A stretch of 62,429 bases of DNA, the filler included, from Asterionella formosa (Eukaryota), in the NCBI GenBank assembly GCA_002256025.1. It is 19 parts of 19 records of this genome, joined end to end, with 100 filler letters (N's around TTAATTAATTAA, not from the genome) between each part and the next. Parts side by side here need not be neighbours in the genome. Positions count along the whole stretch, not along the records: positions 30,151 to 58,674 come from NKIB01001207.1; positions 58,775 to 60,554 come from NKIB01001208.1; positions 60,655 to 62,429 come from NKIB01001209.1; 16 more parts are not named here. The stretch is one strand, 5' to 3'. Below, piece after piece: positions 49,937-60,786 of this stretch. Below the pieces are notes generated by a model. That model saw only the letters and a program-made list of their open reading frames with translations. It was not told the origin of the DNA and did no database searches. The translations under genes and the position numbers were made by a program. Position 1 is the first letter of the stretch, and each line of letters opens with the position of its first letter.

Positions 49937-50857
49937 ATGATGTTCTCGCGCCTTGCTACGACGCTTCACGCTCCCATCCATTTCCCAGAGCATGCAAGAC
50001 TACTCTCAACGAAGTTAATAAGGCTGAATAAACGCATGTCTGAGCTAAACTTGGCTAGTCGCAGAGAAGCAGACCGTCTAATTATGGCTGGACAAGTCAT
50101 GGTCCAAGGGCAGCCTGCTGTCCTTGGCCAAAATATTGATCCCAAAGAAATTGACATTCATATCGCGTCGACGTCGAAACGAGAAGATAAAACACCTTTT
50201 GCAATTGTCTTGAATAAGCCCATGGGATACGTTTCTTCCCAACCAGAAGATGGACACATTCCAGCAACGAGGCTCCTGACACGGGCCAATCAATTCGCGA
50301 AACGATCATTTGAGTTTGATTTTCAGAATCACCACAGTGCTCCCTCAGGATCTGATCCTACCTTATCAAACTTCGTAGCAGGTGGTAGATTGGATTTGGA
50401 CAGTCGTGGATTGCTGATCTTTAGCAGAAGCGGCGTGATTCGACGGCGATTGGTTTCCGATGACGGCAAATTAGAGAAGGAATATTTGGTGCAACTCGAA
50501 CAAGCTGTACAACCTACCAGGCGCGAAATGGAAGCCGGATTTTTGAAACTTCCACTCCCTACTTTGGATTTAACTCAATTACACCGTGGTGGGGCGCTAT
50601 TATCAGGGGACGACAAACCGTTGCGACCGATTAAGGCCCGATGGGAAGAACCCGGTATCACACTTCGTATGGTGTTGCGCGAGGGGCGGAAGCATCAGAT
50701 TAGGCGCATGTGTCGGGAGTTATTAGGTTGGCATGTGATAGACTTGTTGCGGATACGGGTGGGACCAATCAAGTTGCACCAACTGCCAGAGGGAAAGTGG
50801 AGACCATTGAATGAAAATGAGATTGAAATTATATTGAATGGGGCTGAAAGGGAATAA
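49937..50857 (+). CDS. RsuA/RluB/RluF-family pseudouridine synthase with S4 domain, possibly mitochondrial
   Basis: RLNKRMSELNLASRREADRLI, LNKPMGYVS, GRLD, EKEYLV, EGRKHQIRRM, LLRIRVG; MMFSRLATTL presequence. Confidence 0.93.
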   Translation: MMFSRLATTLHAPIHFPEHARLLSTKLIRLNKRMSELNLASRREADRLIMAGQVMVQGQPAVLGQNIDPKEIDIHIASTSKREDKTPFAIVLNKPMGYVSSQPEDGHIPATRLLTRANQFAKRSFEFDFQNHHSAPSGSDPTLSNFVAGGRLDLDSRGLLIFSRSGVIRRRLVSDDGKLEKEYLVQLEQAVQPTRREMEAGFLKLPLPTLDLTQLHRGGALLSGDDKPLRPIKARWEEPGITLRMVLREGRKHQIRRMCRELLGWHVIDLLRIRVGPIKLHQLPEGKWRPLNENEIEIILNGAERE

Positions 50858-51114
50858 CATAATTGCTAATGTTTAATCTAAACTCCGGGATGTTTCAAAG
50901 GGCGAGTGCTTAAACAATTTCAAATGAATTGGCTACCGGTATTTGACTTTATGGGATGGATGGTTCCATGAAGGAGCTTGAAAAATAATAGTTAGCTGGG
51001 AAAGGCGGCTTGTACTAGAAGGAAAAAACAGAAATATTTCTCAACTACCAGACCTTCCACAGGTAATGAATGATCTGTACTTCTTTTGGATCATACCTAA
51101 GTGGCTGAATGATT

Positions 51115-51183
51115 GGTAAAAAATTGCGGGAATTGAACCACACAACTTCAAAGGCAACATGCCCAACCAACTCATTGCCCTAG
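51115..51183 (-). repeat. Possible third, highly diverged tRNA-like head
   Basis: Minus strand GGGCAATGAGTTGGTTGGGCA...GTGGTTCAATTCCCGC (A/B-box-like). Confidence 0.35.
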
Positions 51184-52033
51184 ACTTCCATATATAGTGA
51201 CGACACTCAGCCAAAATCAAGGATTACTGTTTCATATTGCCTACCAGTATTTACCTATCATCAACTTTCCGGTTGTTCCGCGAGCATGATAGTCAGTATG
51301 GAGCTGGTATCTATTCCGGGAAATGTTGTCATTAAAAAGTAACTCTTTGTTTTCATTTGAACGTTCAGAACAGATTTCTATTGGTTCCCGAAAGGTACGA
51401 TACCTGCTGGCGGCCTGGGGGGGGGGGGTATTGTATATATACATAGGTAGCATAGGTGGGTTTAGGACCGTATTCGTGTAAATACCGGTACATGGTAGAG
51501 TAATTGTTACCTGGTACCGTTGTCGTCCGTAGTTTACATACAGCAAATGCGAAGCACACACAGCCATTGCGTCCGTTGTTTTAGGCCTCAAGGAAGACAG
51601 TGGAACTTTCATGTATTTAGTAGTCTACGTATGTATTAGACATTCATAAAATAGTATTATACATACGTATGCATTAGTAGAATGCACAGAATATCCAGTC
51701 CTCAGCAGGATGATAGAATCGAATGCAGGTCGTATTTAGTCTACCGATAGTATGGTACCGAGTACAAATGGAGAATGCACATACCTATGTATAGAACAGC
51801 TGCCTTCGAAAAGTGACGAACTATGTAACCACAGCAAAGAATGCATGCCTGCGCTCCAACTCACTCCTCTCATGGAAGCATGAGCAAACTTTTGTGAACA
51901 CACTTTGAACTCTGTTGAGATAACACAACTGATCCTGACTTAATTTTATGTACTCATTGTAAGCAACCAAAAGGAGCACAGACTGAGCCTCAGATCATCT
52001 TTTCGATAACTTCACTTTGCACTGATTTACATA

Positions 52034-53107
52034 ATGGATAACTTCACGACAGAAACCGAGGAGTCGTCGTTGAGCTCCCATAAGTCAAACAGCAGACATG
52101 CAAAGCAGGAAAAATTAGTGATAGATGTGGCAGAGATGGAGTTACCGAGGTCAAGAAGGAGAAGACTTGATACCTTTCCTTGGAGACTTCACTCACTTCT
52201 CGACAATTGTGATGACAGTAGATTCCCCCAACAGCACCATATTTCATGGCAACCACACGGACGATGCTTTACGATTAAAGACACTTTGGCATTTGAGCGA
52301 AACATTATGCCTGTAATCTTCAACCAGACTAAATCATCATCGTTTCAACGACAACTCAACATCTATGGCTTTCATCGAATATCACATGGACTTGACAAGG
52401 GAGGGTACTGGCATGAATATTTCTTGCGCGGCAAACCAGAGCTTTTGGAAAAGGTAGAACGAATAAAGATTAAAGGAACCAAGGTCCGAGCCGCAACAAA
52501 TCCAGATTCTGAGCCAAACTTCTACATGATGACCACAATGCCCCCAGTTTCAGCAAATTCGTCGATCATAGCAGCCCCCTCTGAACTTTTGAGCAATGAT
52601 ACATCCAATTCTATGAAACCGATGACGATGAATGCCATTGGACCAATAACGGAAGGAGCTTTCCATCATGCACCCTTATGCAAGGTAACCCTGACACTGC
52701 CACACCAGAAGGCTGCACTTAGTGATTTCGCATGTATGCATCATGTCGGATACACTGTCAATGATATATTCAACCCACTTGAGGAACCTGAATCTGACAT
52801 CGACCACAAGGAACTGTTATGCAAGCCGTTGATTGAAATTGAAGCGTATTCCGAAATGTCTGACTCGGATAGCTCGTCTATTGGTAGAGGTTACAATTTG
52901 GAAAGTCAAGAAAAGGTCATCTGTGGAAGTCCCAGGGTGCATAGCAACAGTTTGTGGAATGGGAACAGGAACTCAGCTGACCCCATTTGCCTTCCCCATT
53001 TGATTTCTGGACGATCTAGCCCATTGAAAGCTCCAATCATGTCTTTTCCGATTCGAGAAAACGATGCTTGGGGACATCTCTTTGATGAAATGTACCCGAA
53101 TAAATAG
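52034..53107 (+). CDS. Heat shock factor (HSF-type DNA-binding domain)
   Basis: FPWRLH..ISWQPHGRCF..F..SSFQRQLNIYGF..GYWHEYFLRG. Confidence 0.95.
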   Translation: MDNFTTETEESSLSSHKSNSRHAKQEKLVIDVAEMELPRSRRRRLDTFPWRLHSLLDNCDDSRFPQQHHISWQPHGRCFTIKDTLAFERNIMPVIFNQTKSSSFQRQLNIYGFHRISHGLDKGGYWHEYFLRGKPELLEKVERIKIKGTKVRAATNPDSEPNFYMMTTMPPVSANSSIIAAPSELLSNDTSNSMKPMTMNAIGPITEGAFHHAPLCKVTLTLPHQKAALSDFACMHHVGYTVNDIFNPLEEPESDIDHKELLCKPLIEIEAYSEMSDSDSSSIGRGYNLESQEKVICGSPRVHSNSLWNGNRNSADPICLPHLISGRSSPLKAPIMSFPIRENDAWGHLFDEMYPNK

Positions 53108-53605
53108 TCTACAGCTGAGACGGTGCTTATACATGTTGTTGCCTAGAAACCTCCACTTTTGCTATACTATCCAAATTAAATTTCCTCTACATGAATCAAA
53201 TAGAGCCCTTTACTTGTTTCTATGGAGTCACCTTTTCCAATTATGTTTCTGTCTGAGATTTGTGTAACATTGTAGGTGTTTTGATTATCTGCGAATCCAT
53301 GCATGCATTGTATCTAATGTGTGTACTACTGGTAGCATCGTATGGTTTCAAGTTCTATGTACCAGGTAAATCGGTAAAATATTGCAATCAGGGCTGTAAA
53401 TGCGTCGAGCAGATAGTGTCAGCGTTAAAGCCCTAGCCGAGAAATTCCCCACAAGTTTCTTGGTCAGAAGGCAATGAGGAGGAATGAAGTTCGAACATTC
53501 CCAGGATACGCACAGCTGCATGCACAACAAGTAGATCGACAATCGCGAATAGATAAACGATAGCTTCATCATTTCTGCCCAGAACGCACCGCCTTGAGCA
53601 AAATA

Positions 53606-54604
53606 TTAATGATCAATAGTCTGAATTATTGAAGTTGGTCGTAGCAATACTTTCAGCAAGTCCCTAATATTGCTGGTTCCATCTTCGAAGTCCTGAACAT
53701 TTTCAATTTGGAGCATGTATTCTATGCCATCGATTATTGTCCGTTCTTTCCTACTGGCTTCACGAAATGCATCTGACCCTCCACCAACGCCGAAATAGTA
53801 GCGCTTTGTAGCCACCAGGCCAACCCCTGTGACTGGCACCAAATGTTTGGCCAACAAAATGGCTGTATCTCGGGCAGATTCGGCCGTATATGTGGTTTCA
53901 GCTGCCAAAATTAAATCAAAGCGTCCATCTGGCGGCAAGGAAGAGATACCATGATTGCTTTCAAGAAGCTGTCTAGACATGTCCATCCAATCTCCGTGGC
54001 CGAGAATCGCGTGCTTAGAAATGAAACTTGTTGGAAATGTACCATCGTCAGCTCGAGAATTCAAAACAATGTTGGAGGCTGTGACGCCATTGATCACAAA
54101 ATCATTGTAATCTGTAACGAGAACAACAGATGAAATGTTATTCTTCGCAGCCTCCCTAAGAATAAGGCACGTAGGCAAGGCTTGGCCACACCCTAATTCG
54201 AGACAAAATTTTGGCATCAACAAGTCCGAATGCTTCACCAAGAAGTTGCAAAGATCTATGGAGCATTCCCACACTTTTAGACCGCCTTCGTAAATACCAG
54301 GCACAATATCGGTCCGTTGTGACTCAGCGCCTTGGAAGGAATCATGGAATTTTCCTTGTAAGTTTCGACACTTTTTGAGAGGTACTATCCCTAGATGATG
54401 CTCACCGAACTGCAAAATATCATAATCAAGTGCAGCTGCTTGATTTGCTCGTTCCAGCCAACACGGATCATCACAGAAAACAAACTTCTTCAAAGGGATC
54501 TTTCGCCCTTCTGTCATTGTAGGCGACTTCCTGGTGGGTTCTTGCTTCTGTTCATGTGGTAATGTTGGTTCGTCGGCAAGAAAGTCAAACCGAAATAACG
54601 ACAT
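53606..54604 (-). CDS. METTL18: Histidine protein methyltransferase (METTL18/Hpm1-like)
   Basis: DIVPGIYEGGLKVWECSIDL, LELGCG, TDYN, FDLILAAETTY, ATKRYYFGVGGG. Confidence 0.9.
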   Translation of the reverse strand: MSLFRFDFLADEPTLPHEQKQEPTRKSPTMTEGRKIPLKKFVFCDDPCWLERANQAAALDYDILQFGEHHLGIVPLKKCRNLQGKFHDSFQGAESQRTDIVPGIYEGGLKVWECSIDLCNFLVKHSDLLMPKFCLELGCGQALPTCLILREAAKNNISSVVLVTDYNDFVINGVTASNIVLNSRADDGTFPTSFISKHAILGHGDWMDMSRQLLESNHGISSLPPDGRFDLILAAETTYTAESARDTAILLAKHLVPVTGVGLVATKRYYFGVGGGSDAFREASRKERTIIDGIEYMLQIENVQDFEDGTSNIRDLLKVLLRPTSIIQTIDH

Positions 54605-55193
54605 GATTTATCGCTGTGAACGTTAACTAACTTACAACCTACTTCCACCACGTCTTCCACTCCATTGTTTGTATTTATGCAAGGACGCAATCAATCAATT
54701 ATATCATTGTCGTGATGGCTGCGATGATGAAGTATCCCTGGTGTGGTTATAACTGTAACCAATGAACATCAAGTACACAAATGCAGGTACCTGGTACCTG
54801 GTACCAAGGGTATAATACCTGCCGGCAGGTCTACTGTATTTGTGAACATGTATTATACTGTAGTACACATACCGGGTACCTGGTAGTATGCATAGCGGAA
54901 TGCTTTTGTCTGTGCCTGCATCAAAGCTACAGTGGTATCAGAAGGCTAGCTACGATAGTAAAATGATTTTTCATATATATTTTTTATTTACATTGGGACA
55001 GCGTAGACCACCTACCGGTACTAAATACCACTGTATGACTCCGAGTACCGGTAGGGACTTACCGGCATACCTATGGCTTTATGTAGGAGTAGATTCTACG
55101 GAGTAGAACCAGTGGGTATGTCTCCGAGCTGCTGTGATTATAACTATGGGTAATGTGCGTGGTCCCGCCCTGGGTAAAATGTTCCGTGCCACC

Positions 55194-55799
55194 ATGACCG
55201 CTCCCTCCCTCTCGTTATCTCAGCAACAGCTTCTGGATCAACTTCAAACAACTCTCGCCACAGGACTCAGCAGAGACGAAGCTGCAAAACGACGGGAACG
55301 AGATGGCTTATTCAACGTGATAGACCCACCGTTGAAATGCCCTGCATGGGTTTGTTGCTTGCTGCCTTGCATCAAGTCCATTCCTTCCATGAAGGCCTTT
55401 CGAGAGGTACAGCCCGAGGATGCCGAAGTTCTTAGAGATAGCAGGTGGACGCGGTATGATGCAGCTGGTTTGGTCGTTGGTGATATTGTGCAATTAGACG
55501 AAGGTGATGTCGTACCAGCGGATTGTGTTTTGTTGACTCTTGCCGACCATGAAATGTTGGTTGACTTGAGAAATATTACAGGAGAAGAGAGAGCGAGAAG
55601 CATTTCGAGCCTGAACAACACGGCTCCATCAGTGAAACTATATTATGGGGGACAGGTTCTACAAGGGTCTGGAACATGTGTTGTTACGGCAATCGGATCG
55701 TCGACGTTGCTAGCGAAGATAATTCGGGAAAGAAAATTTCCTCCGAAAGAGAATATCTTAGAAGGAGAGGAAGAGGTGCACGGGATTGATCTGGTATAG
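55194..55799 (+). CDS. Stand-alone P-type ATPase N-terminal plus actuator (A) domain protein
   Basis: GLSRDEAAKRRERDG, AEVLRD, LVVGDIV..GDVVPADCVL, VD..ITGEE, G.VLQG.G..VVTAIG..T..AKI, then stop; GCCACC before the ATG. Confidence 0.8.
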   Translation: MTAPSLSLSQQQLLDQLQTTLATGLSRDEAAKRRERDGLFNVIDPPLKCPAWVCCLLPCIKSIPSMKAFREVQPEDAEVLRDSRWTRYDAAGLVVGDIVQLDEGDVVPADCVLLTLADHEMLVDLRNITGEERARSISSLNNTAPSVKLYYGGQVLQGSGTCVVTAIGSSTLLAKIIRERKFPPKENILEGEEEVHGIDLV

Positions 55800-55928
55800 T
55801 TTGAACATAGAAATCCAAGACGTGCTCTGTTTACAATGGAATAAAACAAATTATCACCAATGAGAAATACAAAATAGGAATATCTACAAGCGCATTTCAC
55901 AGATTAAATTACCTCAGTTGAAGTCTCT

Positions 55929-56620
55929 TTATAGCCAGTTGGGGAAGGGAGGACAAAATGAAGATGGAGGAGCCATAGGGGCAGATAGTACAGTTTGTGT
56001 GGTATAAAGAGCGTCACTTGCATCGTCGCTATAGTGTGGCATGCCCCCTGGCAAGATTTTTCCCAACTTGTATACCCAAATGGGAAGCAAGATGATTGTA
56101 TTCAATGAGGATATAATCAATGCCATAATGGTAAAAGCTCTCCATTCTTCCAATCTCAAGATATCGCAAGTAAAGTCAACAAAAGACAAAAAAGCAATCA
56201 CCAAACCAAGAAGTGGCCATTTCTTTCCAAGTATTCGCCTGTGGTCAGGCGTGGTTCCAATGGAGTAAAATAACCGAATCAAATGCCAAAGAGAGCCATC
56301 CATTCGAATTCATCAACCCATAAAACAAGATCTGCGGATAGCAGTTGAATATGAACGCCAAAGTGGATTCAAATATTAGTGGTCGCAATATAAGCAACAA
56401 TTCTAAAAATAATTCCATTGAACAATCAGCAACCCTGGGAAACCAAATAGGTCACTTCCAAAAAAGCTCGCCAGTCTATCCCATCAGATCCCGCAGAAGT
56501 ATTTACAAGTAATAAATGTTTTGTCACGCTATGAACTTTTCCAGGCTTTTTGCCTATTCCAAGCAAGCGTTTCAGTGAAAACAAAACAATCATTTTTCAC
56601 TGAGGATAACACACCAGCAA
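55929..56620 (-). pseudogene. Degraded membrane-protein gene of unknown family
   Basis: 124-aa ORF with two hydrophobic segments; protein-like but stop-interrupted sequence upstream. Confidence 0.35.
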
Positions 56621-56819
56621 CAAATGCTGGATGCCAGGATAGAACTTCACAAACTATTTCATGTGCAAAATGTAATTTGGGGGTTAGGTTTTAATCGATA
56701 GCCTACATCATCAGAATATGGCTTGATCCACGGGCGATGATGGTTTGGACGATTCTTAGACATAGTTGAATAATTGAAGGAAAACGAGGATTAATAATCC
56801 TCCTTTTGTCACATCTGTG

Positions 56820-57359
56820 CTACGACTCCTTCCCGCTTGAACGATTCGAGTCCATCCCAAAAACATCTTCCAAGGCCTTTTCCACTGAGCTCGCCAATAC
56901 ATTGACGGCTACACACCCCACAATGGTATCCAGCACAGTGCCTTTATAGTACAATTGAATAGTTGGGATTGAAGCAATCCCGGAAGCGGACGCCACCTCC
57001 GGCAAATCATCCGTACACAATTCCACAACATCTATTTGCGACTTGAACCGCTGCAGCACTTCTTTAACAACAGGAATAGACAATCGACATGGACCACACC
57101 ATGGGGCAGTGAAGAAGACCATTATTGGTTTGGCAGCCTTGGGGGAAAGGACAGTGTTACCAAATTCTTCGTCGGTCAGGATAAGTTTACCCCCAGATTT
57201 CCCCACGGCGTGAATTGCAGAATGTTGTTGTCGAAAACAGAATGTTGGAACAAAAGCTGTGACAGGTACGAACAAGAAGGAGCTGATACTGCTACATAGG
57301 AGTAGCAAAGCTGCAGGCTTTTGCCCAAGAAAGAATCTTCTTGTAGCTCGAAGTATCAT
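56820..57359 (-). CDS. Plastid-targeted thioredoxin
   Basis: FTAPWCGPCR, IASIPT; signal-like segment ending VTA-FVP. Confidence 0.9.
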   Translation of the reverse strand: MILRATRRFFLGQKPAALLLLCSSISSFLFVPVTAFVPTFCFRQQHSAIHAVGKSGGKLILTDEEFGNTVLSPKAAKPIMVFFTAPWCGPCRLSIPVVKEVLQRFKSQIDVVELCTDDLPEVASASGIASIPTIQLYYKGTVLDTIVGCVAVNVLASSVEKALEDVFGMDSNRSSGKES

Positions 57360-57423
57360 GTGTGCCGAAGCAGCTGAGAAAACTGGCGTTCGATCTATGC
57401 TCCATGACAACTTTTCAAACTCA

Positions 57424-58192
57424 AGCTTGCCTCTAAATACCTTTCGTAAACCTCTCACTTCAAGTCCTTGCCCATGCTGAGCCTGATCACGAAAAGCTTC
57501 CGTGACGGGTTCAACAGGAAATCCTTCGTCGAATGTAATTTCGTTTTTGTCAGAAGATCCAAGAGCTGCGGCATGTCCCGGGAACCAGTAACTCGTAGTG
57601 AAAAGAAAATAATAAGAAATCGGCTGACCATAATCTGATCGGGTCGTACGATTGCAGAACCAGGTCACTATGCCCCAGAAAAGAATGCCAAAGGAGAGCG
57701 GTCGAAGGGAGGCAAGGAAAGTAAAACCAGACGTGTTTTCACTTTTCGAAAAGGTGCTACTGTTGACTCCAATACCTGCATCTTCAAGTCCACCAATCAA
57801 ACCAACTAAAGTAGCAGTAGGTGCTTTGGTACACAATGATGCGATGGACATGCAGAACACAACAACGGCCAACATGGCGAATGCCCAGAAAACCCAGAAA
57901 AAGCTGGGGGATGAATTGGAGTACAGGGCCACTTGCCAATTGCAGCCTTGGCTTTCCAATCCTGTGATAGCCCATGCGTTAGAATTGAATGTGATTGTCT
58001 GGGCGAAGCATTGACGTTTACCTTGAATGGCAGTCACGTAATCGTTGCACCTGAACGTAATGATGGCGTCGTCGTCATTTGGAGGGTAGCTTGGAGGAAC
58101 GACTTCGGGGAAATAACTTGGATTGTCTAGCAAGCTGACCTCGACAGCGACCATGACAAGAATAAAGAGAATAGGGGAAATAATCTCAGCAA
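57424..58192 (-). pseudogene. Internally deleted ABCA-transporter remnant
   Basis: EIISPILFILVMV, TM-like FWVFWAFAMLAVVVF, DYGQP..YFLFTTSYW, VEPV..GLEVRGLRKVF; far shorter than an ABCA N-terminal half; no Walker A. Confidence 0.65.
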
Positions 58193-58597
58193 TCTAAGGC
58201 ACGTTGAGGAAAGTCGCAGGTGTGAGGCGAGCGTGTGAGTGAACGGTCAGGCAAATGCGGGGATTTGATGAGTCCTGACGAGCGGCTGATTTACTGGTAT
58301 CATCGACAGAATTTCCAACGTGGTAGGCTAGTGGTAGGTCTACCAATAGTCCCCTGACGTCATGATGCTGTTCTGCTTCCCACGTACAAATATTCCTCGC
58401 GCCCGGCACCCAAGGATCTAAATGGGGGGGTTCCAAGGCGCAACTGGTATCAAACCCTGTACCGGTAGACGGGACCTGTAGAATAGATTGCATCATCGTG
58501 TCTACCGATACGGTTGCCGGTAAGATAAAATTATTACAGCCCAATCAATGGGGGTGTACAACAGCAACTCAAAAATTACGACCATGGTACCAACAAG

Positions 58598-58674
58598 GCA
58601 GTTGCGGTAATTTGCTCAACTAAAGATATAGCTTTCTTTATCGTGGATTAAATTGTCTATTCAAGCAAAATGAG
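58598..58674. mobile_element. Diverged copy of the MITE at 1310-1410
   Basis: gcagttgcggtaatttgctcaactaaa..tctttatc..ttaaattgt aligns with 1315-1378. Confidence 0.6.
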
Positions 58675-58774
58675 NNNNNNNNNNNNNNNNNNNNNNNNNN
58701 NNNNNNNNNNNNNNNNNNTTAATTAATTAANNNNNNNNNNNNNNNNNNNNNNNNNNNNNNNNNNNNNNNNNNNN

Positions 58775-60554
58775 TTTTGGATCGCGTATCCGTGCATGTT
58801 CATTATCTTGTCCGTGACATTTTTAGTTAGGACATCTGCAGGATTCTTTTCCGTATTGACGTAGTCAACCTTAATCGTTCCGTTTTCGACTTGTTCTCGT
58901 ACATAGTGGTATCTTACATCGATGTGTTTTGTACGTGCCCCGACCTGATGATTTTTCGTTAAATAAATCGCGCCGGTATTGTCCTCACCCATTAGGCTAG
59001 GCATCACGATAGTGGTTATTTCTCCCAGTAGATTCGTTCCGAAGACAGTTTCCTTTGAGCCGTTACTGAATGAGTGCGACATATTCAAACTCGGTGCTTG
59101 ATTGCGTTACGATATCCTGTCCTTTTGATATCCAGTGAGTTAGGGCGCACCCTTCGATCGTGCCTAAATAACCGCTGACACTCTTTCGTGTACCGGTATC
59201 AGGATTAGAGGCGAAGGGGCTATCCACGACATCTTGAATACGTAGCTCGTTGGGAGCACGTAGTTTCAATCTGCATGCAATGTCCCCATGTAGACACAAA
59301 TACCCGAGTAGGCGTTCCAATGCTTGCCAGTGCGTTTCGCCTGGGTTGTCGAGGTGCTGTGACAATTCACGACATGCGTTGGCGCATACTGGCGATATTT
59401 TCTTCACGAAGTAAAGTATCTTTCCAACGAGGGAGCGATATTCCTTATTCTTGATCGTCTCTCCTCGGTTCTTACTTAGGACCGTTCCCGGGAATCCCGG
59501 CGTTGAGGCTTTCTTTGGTTCCTTTCCAAATATAGTCGTGTAGTCATTAATCATATCTTTGACAAAGTCCTCCATTTCGGACTGTAGATAGCTTCCTTTC
59601 TCGTCTTCGCCCCATTCGTACCATACTCCTAGATGCTTGCGTGGCTGGCCAAGCTCTTTAAAGTTGAAGTATTGTTTCAGTGCCAACTTGAACTTGTTGA
59701 CGTCGGCTTGGGTGCCGGTTACTGCAAGGTCATCGACGTAGGTGCATAGCAGTAGGGTAAGGATGCCTTCTCGTTTTTCGTAGAACACGCAGGGGTCAAC
59801 ACGGCTTTGCTTGAGTCCCATATCAAGTAGGCAGTCTCGGAGTTTCTTGAACCATTGCCGTGCAGCTTGTACCTTGCCGTACATTGCCTTATCCAGTCGG
59901 ATGCAGTTGTCAGTCATAGTCGTTTCATTTTCGTAGTGGAAGTCAGCGATTCCATCTGGCCATTCTATGTAGATTTCTTCGTCGAGGTCGGCTTCGAGGA
60001 ATGCCCCTTCGATGTCCACAATTTCATATACAAAATCTTTCCTGTGTAGGGTAATTGTAAACACTATACGTAGGCCAGTATCCGTAACAACAGGTGCGAA
60101 TGAATCTGTGAAGTCGACACCTGGTATCTGCACATAGCCATTTACCACAATACGGCCCTTGTAGTGCGTAGTGTTGTCGTGCTCGTTCTTTTTTTTTAAT
60201 ACCCATTTTGCTCCAAGTGGCTTTCGTCCATTTAGATTCTTACGGGGATGTAGTTTCCACACTTTGCGGGAGTAGAAGTTTTCAATTTCTGCTTTGATTG
60301 CCTTGGTCCATTTGTCTTTTTCGTTACTTAATAGTGCCTGCTTGTAGCTCTTGGGTTCCAGTGGGTCAGAAGCTAGGCTCGTTGAGTGTGCTTCCTCACT
60401 AGGTTGGTGCTCTTCAATGGTATCTTCGATGGTGTCATCATCCAATATTAGCGTGCGTGCTGCGGATGATTGCTGACGTGTGCCTGCACGAGTAGGAGTA
60501 GGTGAGGTCACAAAGCCTGTAGATAGCCTATTCATTTCTCGATCGAGCTTTGTA
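58775..60554 (-). mobile_element. Ty1/copia RT and RNase H, frameshifted
   Basis: EPKSYKQAL, KWVLKKK, YKGRIVVNGYVQIPGVDF, YVDD, QSSTEFEYVAL, EDNTGAI, TKHIDVRYH, NPADVLTK; frameshift near 59063. Confidence 0.95.
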
Positions 60555-60786
60555 NNNNNNNNNNNNNNNNNNNNNNNNNNNNNNNNNNNNNNNNNNNNTT
60601 AATTAATTAANNNNNNNNNNNNNNNNNNNNNNNNNNNNNNNNNNNNNNNNNNNNTCCTTATCCCTGTCACTTGATAGTGCCTAAGTAACTTGAGCATCAT
60701 AAACTGGCGCCCTATCACCCATACGCTTGAAAGGAAATGAGTACATACCAGTATACAATTTTCAGCTCATAATATGCATCCAATTT

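Noticed and set aside
56820..58154. 444-aa ORF as a single annotated gene
   Set aside because: Better explained as an ABCA remnant plus a thioredoxin with its own ATG and presequence; kept only as a finding.
1788..60654. Regularly spaced TTAATTAATTAA palindromes, ORFs containing X runs, and gene neighbourhoods across gaps
   Set aside because: Concatenation linkers between length-ordered contigs; not biological.
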